Positions 1 to 9,103 of a DNA stretch of 64,000 bases are shown here, in pieces (the first letter of the stretch is position 1; each line of letters starts with the position of its first letter). Source of the stretch: an uncultured bacterium (lineage in GTDB: Bacteria > Patescibacteriota > Minisyncoccia > Phycocordibacterales > Phycocordibacteraceae); contig CAMTYL010000003.1 of the NCBI GenBank assembly GCA_947085985.1, positions 15,826 to 79,825 of the forward strand, given 5' to 3'. The notes under the pieces were generated by a model. It was not told where the DNA came from and made no database searches. It saw only the letters and a program-made list of their open reading frames with translations. A program made the translations under genes and the position numbers.

Positions 1-2868
1 ACCCCGGTGGTGGTAGTTCCTCCAACTATCGTTCCTACATTTGATATGTGTATCAACATTGATGGTATTCAGACGCAGGTGCCAACGGGCATGCAGCGCA
101 CCAGCGATGCAAACTGTGTGACTATCTATGTCGCACCCGTCTGTACCCTTGTTGCAAATCCAACATCAATCCAGCTTGGCGGTTCTAGTACCCTTACCTG
201 GACCACCGACAACGCCACATCCGTATCTATAAATAATGGCGTGGGAAGCGTGAACGCTGATGGTTCCGTATCAGTCTCACCACTCTTCACCACTACCTAC
301 ACACTCACCGCAACCGGAGCAGGAGGAACCACTGTGGTGTGTCCTACGACCGTGACGGTGACTATTACACCACCACCACCACCGGCACCTACCTGTACGC
401 TCGTAGCCTCACCTACTGCTATTCAGACGGGTGGCTCAAGCATCCTTTCATGGACCACGCAGAACGCTGCATCCTTCTCTATTGATAAGGGCATCGGCCT
501 TGTAAGCCCACTTGCAAGCGGTTCACGCGTAGTGAGTCCAACGGTTACCACCACGTACACGGGAACTGTTGTGGGGACTAATGGCGCGGTCGTGCACTGT
601 ACAGCAAGTGTTACCGTCACTGCGACGCCACCACCACCTGGCCCCGTTTGTACACTGGTCTCTAATCCAACCATCATTCAAAACGGTGGAAGCTCTATCC
701 TTACCTGGACCACACAGAACGCTAACTCGTTCTCAATCAACCAGGGTATTGGTGCCGTCTCACCTGTCGTTGGTGGCTCTCGCTCAGTGAGCCCAACCGT
801 CACTACTACCTACACTGGTACGGCCACTGGTCCCACTGGTCAAACCGTCAACTGTTCGGCGACTGTTACCGTCACCAACGTGCCGCCACCTGCAGCACCT
901 GTCTGTACGCTCGTAGCTAACCCCACAGCCATTCAAAACGGCGGCACATCCGTGCTTACCTGGACCACCGAGAATGCAACCTCGTTCTCTATCAATCAGG
1001 GTATCGGTTCTGTTACTCCAGTAACTGGCGGATCTCGCAATGTCAGTCCAACTGTCACCACCACCTACACCGGTACTGCCACCGGAGCCGGAGGCACGGT
1101 TAACTGTACCGCTACGGTCACCGTAACAACGGTGCCACCCGCACCAGTCTGTACGCTCGTTGCTAACCCTGTAGCGGTTCAGCAGGGAGGCTCAAGCACC
1201 CTCACCTGGACCACACAGAACGCAACGTCGTTCTCAATTAATCAGGGAATCGGAGCACAGAACGCAGTCTCAGGAGGCTCACACCTGGTGACTCCAGCGA
1301 ACACGACCACCTACACCGGAACAGCTACGAGTGCGACGGGTCAAACCGTCACCTGTGCTGCTACGGTCACGGTGACAAGCACTCCGCCGCCAGCAGCGCC
1401 TATTTGTACGCTTGTTGCAAATCCGAGCTCGGTTCAGCAGGGAGGCTCAAGCACCCTCACCTGGACCACACAGAACGCAACGTCGTTCTCTATTGACCAG
1501 GGAATTGGAGCAGTTGCAACCGTGTCAGGAGGTTCTCAGTCAGTTACGCCAGCAAACACAACCACCTACACCGGAACCGCAACGGGTCCTGGAGGAACAG
1601 TCACCTGTGCAACTACGGTGACGGTGACCGTCGTGCCACCAGCACCTCAGTGTGTACTTACTGTCTCACCTACGTCGGTGGTGAAGGGAGGCACCGCGTC
1701 TCTCTCATGGAGCGGCACCAACATCGCGAGCGTCATTATTGACCAGGGCATCGGTGCAAAGGGTGCAACGGGCTCGGTGAACGTGTCTCCAGAGACTACG
1801 ACCACCTACACCGGTACCTTTACTGCCAATAACGGACAGACACTCTCATGTGCTGCAACGCTTCAGATTACCAATGACAATGGTGTATGTACCGAGAACT
1901 GTGGTGGTGGAGGAGGTGGAGGTAGCCGCAACCCGCGCGTTGTCCTCTCATCTCTAAAGATTGCTGACGACCAGCCTCTTGCCTTCGTGTACCTCTCTGA
2001 GGTTCCCTACACTGGTCTTGATCTCGGTCCTGTGGGCACCGCATTCTACTGGGCAATGATTGCACTGTGGAGCTTTGCCGCTGCCTACCTTGTCTTCTTC
2101 AACGCGCTTCCATTCGCATACCGCCGTATTGGACGCTTTGGAGAGAGTGTGAAGGACGTGCTAAATCAGCCAGCGCCAGTGCACCAGGTTATGGAAAGCG
2201 CACCAGCTCACGCGCCAGCAAAGCCTGCGCACGCACCCGCAGCAAGTCACGGACATGCGCCAGTACACGGAGCACACCACGCACCAGTTGAGCACAAGGC
2301 TCCAGTGGTTGAGCATGACGGATTCCGTGCATACGCGTCAGGTGAGACACTCACCATCGACGACATTGTGAAGGGTCTTGCGCGCGAAGCAGCTGCAAAC
2401 CCAACTGCGTCAGCACACTCACTTACTCCTGCATTTGTGGCAGCAGTAGAGGAGTCAGTGTACGTACCAGCACCAGTACAGGTTGCGCAGGAGGCACCAA
2501 CCCCTCGTCCTATGGCAGAGGCTGCGCACGCAACTCCGTTCAACGAGGACGTTCGTACCTTCATTGAGGCGCTCCTTCGTGGAGACCGCGAGAGTGTGTT
2601 TGGAACCATCCGTGGCATCACCCGAAACGGTGGCGACTCGGAGGCATTCCTCACCCATGCAGTCTGCGCACTTGATGATGCATACCGCTCACGTGTAGAC
2701 GGCTCTACCTGTCACCCAGACATTCTTGCCGTAACCGCAGATTGCCACCCATCATTCCTGGAGCGTGTCGTAACGTCACTCACCACTGCAGTTGATGGTA
2801 GCTACTCTACGGGAATTACGGGAGTGAAGTTGGCATTGACGCGCGCACTCGCCGTCGTAAACGGGTAA
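1..2868 (+). CDS. large cell-surface protein, 5' end may lie outside the window. Seven tandem ~85-aa Cys-bracketed Ig-like modules, a Gly7 linker, a single TM helix, a His/Ala/Pro-rich segment and a ~200-aa C-terminal cytoplasmic domain
   Basis: Frame 1 is open from base 1 and the first in-frame start is a GTG at 7. Module consensus is xCTLVANPTxIQxGGSSTLTWTTQNATSFSINQGIGxV..GGS..VSP..TTTYTGTATG..G.TV.C.ATVTVT, with PPPP linkers. GGGGGGG precedes a hydrophobic helix FYWAMIALWSFAAAYLVFF, followed by APAHAPAKPAHAPAASHGHAPVHGAHHAP. Confidence 0.7.
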   Translation, partial: TPVVVVPPTIVPTFDMCINIDGIQTQVPTGMQRTSDANCVTIYVAPVCTLVANPTSIQLGGSSTLTWTTDNATSVSINNGVGSVNADGSVSVSPLFTTTYTLTATGAGGTTVVCPTTVTVTITPPPPPAPTCTLVASPTAIQTGGSSILSWTTQNAASFSIDKGIGLVSPLASGSRVVSPTVTTTYTGTVVGTNGAVVHCTASVTVTATPPPPGPVCTLVSNPTIIQNGGSSILTWTTQNANSFSINQGIGAVSPVVGGSRSVSPTVTTTYTGTATGPTGQTVNCSATVTVTNVPPPAAPVCTLVANPTAIQNGGTSVLTWTTENATSFSINQGIGSVTPVTGGSRNVSPTVTTTYTGTATGAGGTVNCTATVTVTTVPPAPVCTLVANPVAVQQGGSSTLTWTTQNATSFSINQGIGAQNAVSGGSHLVTPANTTTYTGTATSATGQTVTCAATVTVTSTPPPAAPICTLVANPSSVQQGGSSTLTWTTQNATSFSIDQGIGAVATVSGGSQSVTPANTTTYTGTATGPGGTVTCATTVTVTVVPPAPQCVLTVSPTSVVKGGTASLSWSGTNIASVIIDQGIGAKGATGSVNVSPETTTTYTGTFTANNGQTLSCAATLQITNDNGVCTENCGGGGGGGSRNPRVVLSSLKIADDQPLAFVYLSEVPYTGLDLGPVGTAFYWAMIALWSFAAAYLVFFNALPFAYRRIGRFGESVKDVLNQPAPVHQVMESAPAHAPAKPAHAPAASHGHAPVHGAHHAPVEHKAPVVEHDGFRAYASGETLTIDDIVKGLAREAAANPTASAHSLTPAFVAAVEESVYVPAPVQVAQEAPTPRPMAEAAHATPFNEDVRTFIEALLRGDRESVFGTIRGITRNGGDSEAFLTHAVCALDDAYRSRVDGSTCHPDILAVTADCHPSFLERVVTSLTTAVDGSYSTGITGVKLALTRALAVVNG
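139..1930 (+). repeat. intragenic tandem repeats, 7 copies with ~250-265 bp period. Several are near-identical at DNA level, e.g. ctcacctggaccacacagaacgcaacgtcgttctc at 1201 and 1455
   Basis: Direct reading of the DNA and of the translated modules. Copies 5 and 6 share long identical DNA stretches. Confidence 0.85.
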
Positions 2869-2993
2869 CCACGCAATAGACCTCATCTACGTTGTTGCGA
2901 AGTCAGAAATGTTTGTCGTCGTACACACTCGTACGCCTCCAAACATTTCCTCTTCGCGCCTAGTATCTGAGGCCTCTTGCGCGGCTACAAAAA

Positions 2994-3027
2994 GAAAGCT
3001 CTCCCTAGGGAGAGCTTTCTTTTTGTC
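2994..3027 (+). terminator. rho-independent terminator: gaaagctctccc-ta-gggagagctttc followed by ttttt
   Basis: Perfect 12-bp stem plus T-run, 125 nt after the stop of the surface-protein gene. Confidence 0.6.
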
Positions 3028-3095
3028 TATCTGGGCGTATAGTCCAGGCAGGGAAGCAACGACTTTCCAAGTACTAGTCTCAAGGAGGAGACGCT

Positions 3096-3248
3096 ATGCC
3101 ACCAACTGAAAACAGGGGCTCGGAGCTCATACTTCTCCTAGCTCTTCTGGGTGCGGCGGGCCTGCTCATCGTCACTGTCGTGAACAAGTCGTTTGAGTAC
3201 GAAACGCCCTATGACAACCGCATAATGGCATCGCTTACTCGGCACTAA
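3096..3248 (+). CDS. small (50 aa) single-TM membrane protein, hypothetical
   Basis: AGGAGG lies 7 nt upstream of the ATG. Hydrophobic core LILLLALLGAAGLLIVTVV. A terminator hairpin follows. The ORF is below the ORF-track length cutoff. Confidence 0.35.
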   Translation: MPPTENRGSELILLLALLGAAGLLIVTVVNKSFEYETPYDNRIMASLTRH

Positions 3249-3267
3249 GTCGGGAAGCGGAAACTGA

Positions 3268-3304
3268 AAACGCCGACCCCTGTGGGCCGGCGTTTCTTCT
3301 TTAC
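3268..3304 (+). terminator. rho-independent terminator: cgccgaccc-ctgt-gggccggcg followed by tttcttcttt
   Basis: 9-bp stem with one G-U pair, then a T-rich tract. Confidence 0.55.
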
Positions 3305-3344
3305 GCCGCACAGAGCATACGTATTCGCCCCGCAGTTATTTATA

Positions 3345-3390
3345 GTGAAATTCAAAACACTACCATATATGGTAGTGTTTTGAATTTCAC
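3345..3390. terminator. 46-bp perfect palindrome gtgaaattcaaaacactaccatat|atatggtagtgttttgaatttcac, a probable bidirectional terminator immediately 3' of thrS
   Basis: Perfect dyad symmetry. It lies between convergent genes, 10 nt past the thrS stop. Confidence 0.55.
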
Positions 3391-3399
3391 ATTTCAGTT

Positions 3400-5142
3400 T
3401 TATGCTCGGTTGCGAATCTCTTCGGCAACACGCGTTGCAAACAATTCTAGATTTTCTGGCTCCTGCTTGCCGTTGTCGCGACTTTCAATAGACACGGTGC
3501 CAGCAGCTGCTTCAGCGTCACCAACCACCAGTACGTACGGGGTCTTCTGCATCTTGCTAGCTCTAATGCGTTTTCCAAGAGACTCGTTAGCGTCAACTTC
3601 TGCACGAATTCCCTGCGCGGTGAGGGCTGCTAGTACTGTTGCTCCGTATTCCGCGTGCTTCTCAGACACCGGAAGAATCTGCACTTGCACAGGGGAGAGC
3701 CAGGTAGGGAATGCACCTGCGTAGTGCTCTATCAAGAAGCCAATAAAGCGTTCATGAGTGCCAAGGGGTGCTCGGTGAATTACCGCAGGCACTTTTCTCT
3801 CTCCATCCTGGTCCACATACTCAAGTCCAAAGCGCTTTCCCATGAACAGGTCAAGCTGATTGGTAGAAGCAGTAAATGAGCGGCCAATAGAGGAGTAAAT
3901 CTGGAAGTCCATTTTTGGCCCATAAAACGCAGCACCTTCGTGCACTACCTTGTACGGCACGCCAGACTTCTCCATTGCCTCAATAGTCATCTGTTCTGCG
4001 TCTTTCCAGTCTTGTTCATCACCGTGGTACTTATCCATCTTCTTTGGGTCGCGCAACGCGAGCTCCATCTCATAGTTCTTGATACCAAGGGTCTTGTAGT
4101 AGTACTCGTGCAGCTGAATTACCCGTACAAACTCTTCAACCGCATGCTCTTTCTGAATATAAATGTGAGCATCATTCATTTGCATGCCACGTACGCGCAT
4201 AAGGCCGAAGAGACTACCAGAATCTTCATATCGGTGGCACCACCCGTATTCAGCGTAGCGAACAGGGAGGTCGCGGTAACTCTTCGGACGAGCAGAAAAA
4301 GCACGGTGATGGAACGGACAATTCATTGGCTTTATGTAGTAGTTCTCCTCTTCAATTTGAAGCGGCGCGTACATGCTGTCCTTGTACAGCGGAAGGTGTC
4401 CTGATGTGTAGAAGAGGTCTTCCTTGGTGATGATGGGCGTAGTAATACGCTGGTACCCCCATGCAGACTCCGTTTCCTTCGCCCAGTCCTCAAGCGCCTC
4501 CTTTATGATGTTTCCTTTTGGAAGCCATATAGGCAGACCCTTACCAATTGCTTCATCAAAAGTGAATAGGTCTAGCTCTTCGCCGAGTTTGCGGTGGTCG
4601 CGCTTCTTTGCCTCCTCCTGCATCGCTACGTGCGCCTCAAGCTCTTCTTTTGTTTCAAAGGCAAGTCCCACGATGCGGGTAAGCATTGCGTTCTTCTCAT
4701 CTCCGCGCCAGTACGCACCTGCAATACGCTCAAGACTAAAAGAGTCAGCCGCAAGCTCGTGCGAAGGATTCTCTGTGTGGCCACCACGACACAGGTCGGT
4801 GAATCCTCCCGAGGTGTAGAGGGTGATGGTTTCGCCAGAGGCCACAATGCCATCAATAAGTTCTAGCTTGTAGGGATTGTCTGCAAAGCGAGCGCGAGCG
4901 TCAGTCTCAGACACCTCAACTCCCTGCATGCCCTCCCAAGACGGCAGCATCTGGCGCATAGCTTCCTCAAGGCTAGCCAAGTCTGCTTCGCCAGGAGCCT
5001 CGCCTCCACTGAAGTCAAAATCGTAGTAAAAGCCGGTATCAATAGCCGGGCCTATGGTTGGCTTCGCGTGCGGGTAGCGCTCAAGCACGGCGCTTGCGAG
5101 TAAGTGGGCGAGGGTGTGACGCTTTTCTTCTAGGGATGCCAT
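3400..5142 (-). CDS. thrS: threonyl-tRNA synthetase, short form starting at the editing (SAD) domain and lacking the N-terminal TGS domain
   Basis: The HTLAHLLASAV...GFYYDF motif (tRNA_SAD), class II core MNCPFHH...LMRVRG and a C-terminal anticodon-binding domain. Start placed at the in-frame ATG at 5142 (M7 of the track ORF), which has TGGTATTCT 8 nt upstream. Confidence 0.9.
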   Translation of the reverse strand: MASLEEKRHTLAHLLASAVLERYPHAKPTIGPAIDTGFYYDFDFSGGEAPGEADLASLEEAMRQMLPSWEGMQGVEVSETDARARFADNPYKLELIDGIVASGETITLYTSGGFTDLCRGGHTENPSHELAADSFSLERIAGAYWRGDEKNAMLTRIVGLAFETKEELEAHVAMQEEAKKRDHRKLGEELDLFTFDEAIGKGLPIWLPKGNIIKEALEDWAKETESAWGYQRITTPIITKEDLFYTSGHLPLYKDSMYAPLQIEEENYYIKPMNCPFHHRAFSARPKSYRDLPVRYAEYGWCHRYEDSGSLFGLMRVRGMQMNDAHIYIQKEHAVEEFVRVIQLHEYYYKTLGIKNYEMELALRDPKKMDKYHGDEQDWKDAEQMTIEAMEKSGVPYKVVHEGAAFYGPKMDFQIYSSIGRSFTASTNQLDLFMGKRFGLEYVDQDGERKVPAVIHRAPLGTHERFIGFLIEHYAGAFPTWLSPVQVQILPVSEKHAEYGATVLAALTAQGIRAEVDANESLGKRIRASKMQKTPYVLVVGDAEAAAGTVSIESRDNGKQEPENLELFATRVAEEIRNRA

Positions 5143-5196
5143 ATAAAGGGAGAATACCACATTCGGACAATTCAGCGGGCAACTAGAGTCCTGGCA

Positions 5197-8100
5197 CTAC
5201 AGCGCCTTCAAATTCTCTACAGTAAGGGAAATCTCGCCATTTCGGTTTGATACCTGTGCCTTAAGGAGGAGGCAAGTGCCGGTACTAATAAGGGCTGCGT
5301 GCTCCTTGTAGAGCTTCGGGAAAATAACGCCTTCAATACTCATGGACTTGTCTTCAAATTTTACAAAGGCCATCTTGTCACCCTTTTTAGTTAGAATCGG
5401 ACGGGACTCCAGTACCAGTACCGGAAGTATAACGGTCATACCAGCTTTCGGGTCTTCCAGAATCTCTTTAATAGAAATGCCCGCTTTGCCTGTCTTTTCA
5501 GTGTAGCTATCAAGCGGATGGCCGGATACGTAGATACCAAGGAGTTCCTTCTCCCATATGAGTTTGTCGGTGAGGGTGGTCTCGTGCGTGTCAGCAGGCA
5601 GTGTGAGAACTGGCGCGGTAGAAATAAGGGAACCAAAGAGCGAGTCCTGCGGCGCGGTTGCGGTTGCGTCCCGATGGAACGCGAGCAGTGTTTCAATATG
5701 CGTCATCAAGTGCGCGCGGCTACCAAAGCTGTCCAGGGCTCCACACTTAATTAAACTCTCAAGCGACTTCTTGTTCAGGTTTTTGCTTCCGATACGCGCC
5801 AGGAAATCAGAGAGGGAAGTAAATGGTCCGCTTTTAGTACGCTCAGCGATGATTGCTTGCGAAATTCCTTCGCCAAAGTTCTTGATGGACGTGAGTCCGA
5901 ATCTAATAGCATTTACTCCCGTCCCCTGGGCTTGTCCCGTTAGAAATGCACCGTCCTCGGAGCTAATTTCTAATGGGGTGAAGTCCGCACCACTCTCATT
6001 GATGTCTGGGGGAAGAACGGGAATGTTCAAGCGGTCTGACTCTGCCACTAAAATGGCGATGGATTCGGTGTCGCCCGCGTCAGCAGTGAGTAGGGCTGCC
6101 ATGTATTCCACCGGGTAGTTAGCTTTTAGATACGCCGTCTGATACGCCACCTTTCCGTAGCACGCAGCGTGTGCCTTGTTGAACCCGTACGCAGCAAACG
6201 GCTCAATCAACTTCCAAATCTGGTCTGCTTTTGCGGGCGAAAGCTTTCCGTACTCAATGAACCCTTGCAAGAGCTTTTCCTTCTGGATTTCCATCTCTGC
6301 AGGAATCTTCTTTCCCATCGCCTTGCGCAAGTTGTCTGCTTCAAGCCAAGAGTATCCGCCAAGGGTGATTGCTGTTAGAAGCACGTCGTCCTGGTACACC
6401 AAGAGGCCGTACGACATATCAAGGTAGTCCTTCATGCGCTCGTCCAGATAGCTAACCAGGCGAGGGTTTCGCTTGCGTTCAATGTACTGCGGAATCGCTT
6501 CCATCGGGCCAGGGCGATACAGCGCCACCATCGCGTTGATGTCGTGAATGGTGGTGGGGCGCAGTTCCTTCAAGTAGCGCGTCATGCCCGAACCGTTCAA
6601 CTGGAACGTGCCTTCCGTTTCTCCTCGAGCCAACATCTGGAAGGTCGTCTCGTCGTCCATCGGGATGTTTTCAATATCAATTTCTACTCCCCTGCCTTCT
6701 TTAACGCGCGCGACAGCGTCGGCAATGATAGCCAGGTTTTTGATACCAAGGAAGTCAAACTTCAGAAGTCCTACGTCTTCTACTGCATGCATGTCGTACT
6801 GTGTGATGAGCTTGCCTGTCTTCTGGTCCACCTGAAGCGGTGTCCAGCAGGTGAGCGGCGTAGGAGAAATCACCACGCCCGCAGCGTGCACTCCTGTGTG
6901 GCGTGCACAGCCTTCAATGCGCATCGCAAGGTCCAAAATCTCGCGCGACTCGTCGTCCCCGTCGTAGAGTTCCTTCAACTCTGGCTCCAGCTCAAGGGCG
7001 TGCGTAATCGTCATGGGGAATCCCTGGCTTCCCATAGGAATCAGCTTTGCGAGGCGGTCTCCGGTGCGATATGCGTGCCCCAGCGCACGCGACACGTCGC
7101 GCACAGCAGCACGCGCCATCATCGTTCCAAAGGTACCAATCTGTGCAACATGGTCGTCGCCATACTTTGCCTTCGCGTATGCAATCATTTCGTCGCGCCG
7201 ATTATCGGCAAAGTCCATATCAATATCCGGCGCCTTTGGTCGTTCGGGGTTTAGGAAGCGCTCAAACGGCAACTTGTAGGCAAGTGGGTCCACGGTAGTT
7301 ATGCCGTTTAGATACGACACCAGGGAACCTGCGGCCGAACCGCGCGTGGTAGCGAGGATTCCAACCGACTTTGCATACTCAAGCAGGTCTGACACCGCTA
7401 GAAAGTACGGCGCAAAGCCTTTACCGTTAATAACTTCTAGTTCGTACTCAATACGCTTTACCACTTCTTCCGACTCTTCCAGTCCGCGTGTCTTGATACC
7501 CGCATAGGTGCGCTCGCGCAGCATCTCCTCGTACGTCTTTCCTTCGTCCGGAGCGAGCGCAGGGAAGTTCCAGCTCCCAAGAGTAAGGGTGACGTTGCAC
7601 CGGTCTGCAATCTCGCCCGAGCGGTACACCGCGTCAGGAATATCCTTGAACCAGGAGAGCATTTGCTCTTGTGTCGTAAATGAAAAGTCCTCTCCTTCGT
7701 TGCGACCCTTTTCGCCCCCATGCCCAATGCGACGCATCACTTCGGTCGCTTCGTGGTCGTCGGGGTGCAGGTAGTACACGTCGTGCTGTGCGACGAGCGG
7801 CACGCCCTCCTTGTCCGCAAGCTCGCGCAATTGTTGCATGCGCTTCTCGTGCCCCTCTACGCGCGGGTGATGACTCACCTCAATAAATAGGTTTCCCTCG
7901 CCAAATATACTTTTGTACTCAGCAAGTGCGGCCGCTGCACCGTTCAGGTCCCCCGCTCGAATCGCTTGTACTACTGAACCTGCAAAAGAGGGGATGATAG
8001 CAATAAGCCCCTCCGAGTGCTCGCGCAATATCTCCATATCAATGCGCGGACGCTCAAAGAATCCTTCGGTAAAGGCAATACTCACGAGCTTCATCAAATT

Positions 8101-8403
8101 CAAATAGCCCGTGTTGTTCTCTGCAAGCAGCACCAGGCGCGAGCGTCTACTCTCTGCGTGTGGGTCGCGTTCGTGGCGAGAGTTTGGCGCAACGTACGCG
8201 TCCACACCAATGATGGCTTTCAATCCCTGCTTCTCGCATTGCTTATACAGCTCAACCGCGCCGTGCATGTTGCCCGCGTCAGTAAGTCCAATTGCGTCCA
8301 TGCCGTGCTTCTTTGCCTCTTTTACAAGTGCGGGCACTTTCGGGAGCGCCTGGAGGAAGCTGTAGTGGGAGTGGGTGTGGAGGTGGATAAAACGCTCGCT
8401 CAT
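5197..8403 (-). CDS. dnaE: DNA polymerase III alpha subunit
   Basis: N-terminal PHP domain HLHTHSHYSFL, 1068 aa, Pol III alpha core and an OB-fold C-terminus. Confidence 0.95.
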   Translation of the reverse strand: MSERFIHLHTHSHYSFLQALPKVPALVKEAKKHGMDAIGLTDAGNMHGAVELYKQCEKQGLKAIIGVDAYVAPNSRHERDPHAESRRSRLVLLAENNTGYLNLMKLVSIAFTEGFFERPRIDMEILREHSEGLIAIIPSFAGSVVQAIRAGDLNGAAAALAEYKSIFGEGNLFIEVSHHPRVEGHEKRMQQLRELADKEGVPLVAQHDVYYLHPDDHEATEVMRRIGHGGEKGRNEGEDFSFTTQEQMLSWFKDIPDAVYRSGEIADRCNVTLTLGSWNFPALAPDEGKTYEEMLRERTYAGIKTRGLEESEEVVKRIEYELEVINGKGFAPYFLAVSDLLEYAKSVGILATTRGSAAGSLVSYLNGITTVDPLAYKLPFERFLNPERPKAPDIDMDFADNRRDEMIAYAKAKYGDDHVAQIGTFGTMMARAAVRDVSRALGHAYRTGDRLAKLIPMGSQGFPMTITHALELEPELKELYDGDDESREILDLAMRIEGCARHTGVHAAGVVISPTPLTCWTPLQVDQKTGKLITQYDMHAVEDVGLLKFDFLGIKNLAIIADAVARVKEGRGVEIDIENIPMDDETTFQMLARGETEGTFQLNGSGMTRYLKELRPTTIHDINAMVALYRPGPMEAIPQYIERKRNPRLVSYLDERMKDYLDMSYGLLVYQDDVLLTAITLGGYSWLEADNLRKAMGKKIPAEMEIQKEKLLQGFIEYGKLSPAKADQIWKLIEPFAAYGFNKAHAACYGKVAYQTAYLKANYPVEYMAALLTADAGDTESIAILVAESDRLNIPVLPPDINESGADFTPLEISSEDGAFLTGQAQGTGVNAIRFGLTSIKNFGEGISQAIIAERTKSGPFTSLSDFLARIGSKNLNKKSLESLIKCGALDSFGSRAHLMTHIETLLAFHRDATATAPQDSLFGSLISTAPVLTLPADTHETTLTDKLIWEKELLGIYVSGHPLDSYTEKTGKAGISIKEILEDPKAGMTVILPVLVLESRPILTKKGDKMAFVKFEDKSMSIEGVIFPKLYKEHAALISTGTCLLLKAQVSNRNGEISLTVENLKAL

Positions 8404-8464
8404 GTCTCTAGGATACCAAACTTAGAACGGAACACCTTACCAGGCATTTTGGTATGCTCTACCT

Positions 8465-9058
8465 ATGAAGTACCTGGTAGGGATTGATGAAGCGGGGCGC
8501 GGACCACTGGCAGGGCCGGTGGCTGTGGGGGTAGCGCGTGTCGCGGAAGGGTACGACGTATTGGAGGCTTTTCCCGGATTAAACGATTCCAAAAAGCTCA
8601 CCGAGAAAAAGCGCGACGCGCTGTTTGAGATATTGCAGGCGGAAGTTTCTGCGGGGAATGTGCGAGTGCGGGTATGTCTTTCAAGCGAGAAGGTCATAGA
8701 CGAAAAGGGAATTGCGTACGCGATACGCTCGGCTCTTTCTCGGGGGCTAGAAGCGTTGTTGCCAGACCCTGCCGAAGGGAAAGTGCTTCTTGATGGGTCG
8801 CTTAAGGCACCGAAAGAATACGAGCAAGAAACAATTATAGGAGGAGACGGAAAAGAGCCCGTCATTATGCTCGCCGCGCTTGCAGCAAAAGTGACGCGTG
8901 ACAGACTCATGATTAAGCTCGCGAAAGAGTACCCGCAGTACGGATTTGAGGGGCACAAAGGATACGGAACGAAAGCGCACATATCTGCCATTCATGAATA
9001 TGGTGTGTGCGTTATCCACCGCAAAAGTTTCATTCACTTTGACAACGGTGCTAAATAA
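8465..9058 (+). CDS. rnhB: ribonuclease HII
   Basis: LVGIDEAGRGPLAGPV signature, 197 aa. Confidence 0.9.
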   Translation: MKYLVGIDEAGRGPLAGPVAVGVARVAEGYDVLEAFPGLNDSKKLTEKKRDALFEILQAEVSAGNVRVRVCLSSEKVIDEKGIAYAIRSALSRGLEALLPDPAEGKVLLDGSLKAPKEYEQETIIGGDGKEPVIMLAALAAKVTRDRLMIKLAKEYPQYGFEGHKGYGTKAHISAIHEYGVCVIHRKSFIHFDNGAK

Positions 9059-9103
9059 GCGCATAATAACAACTTGTGCTAATAAAAAAGTTGGGAGGAA
9101 ATA

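Noticed and set aside
139-1930. Possible CRISPR-like regular repeats
   Set aside because: The repeats are ~255 bp, protein-coding and in frame. There is no short repeat/spacer architecture. No CRISPR array anywhere in the window.
3380-3724. 114-aa plus-strand ORF starting in the palindrome
   Set aside because: It begins inside the terminator palindrome and runs antisense to the thrS 3' end.
8437-8991. 184-aa minus-strand ORF overlapping rnhB
   Set aside because: Antisense to RNase HII. Ser/Pro-rich composition.
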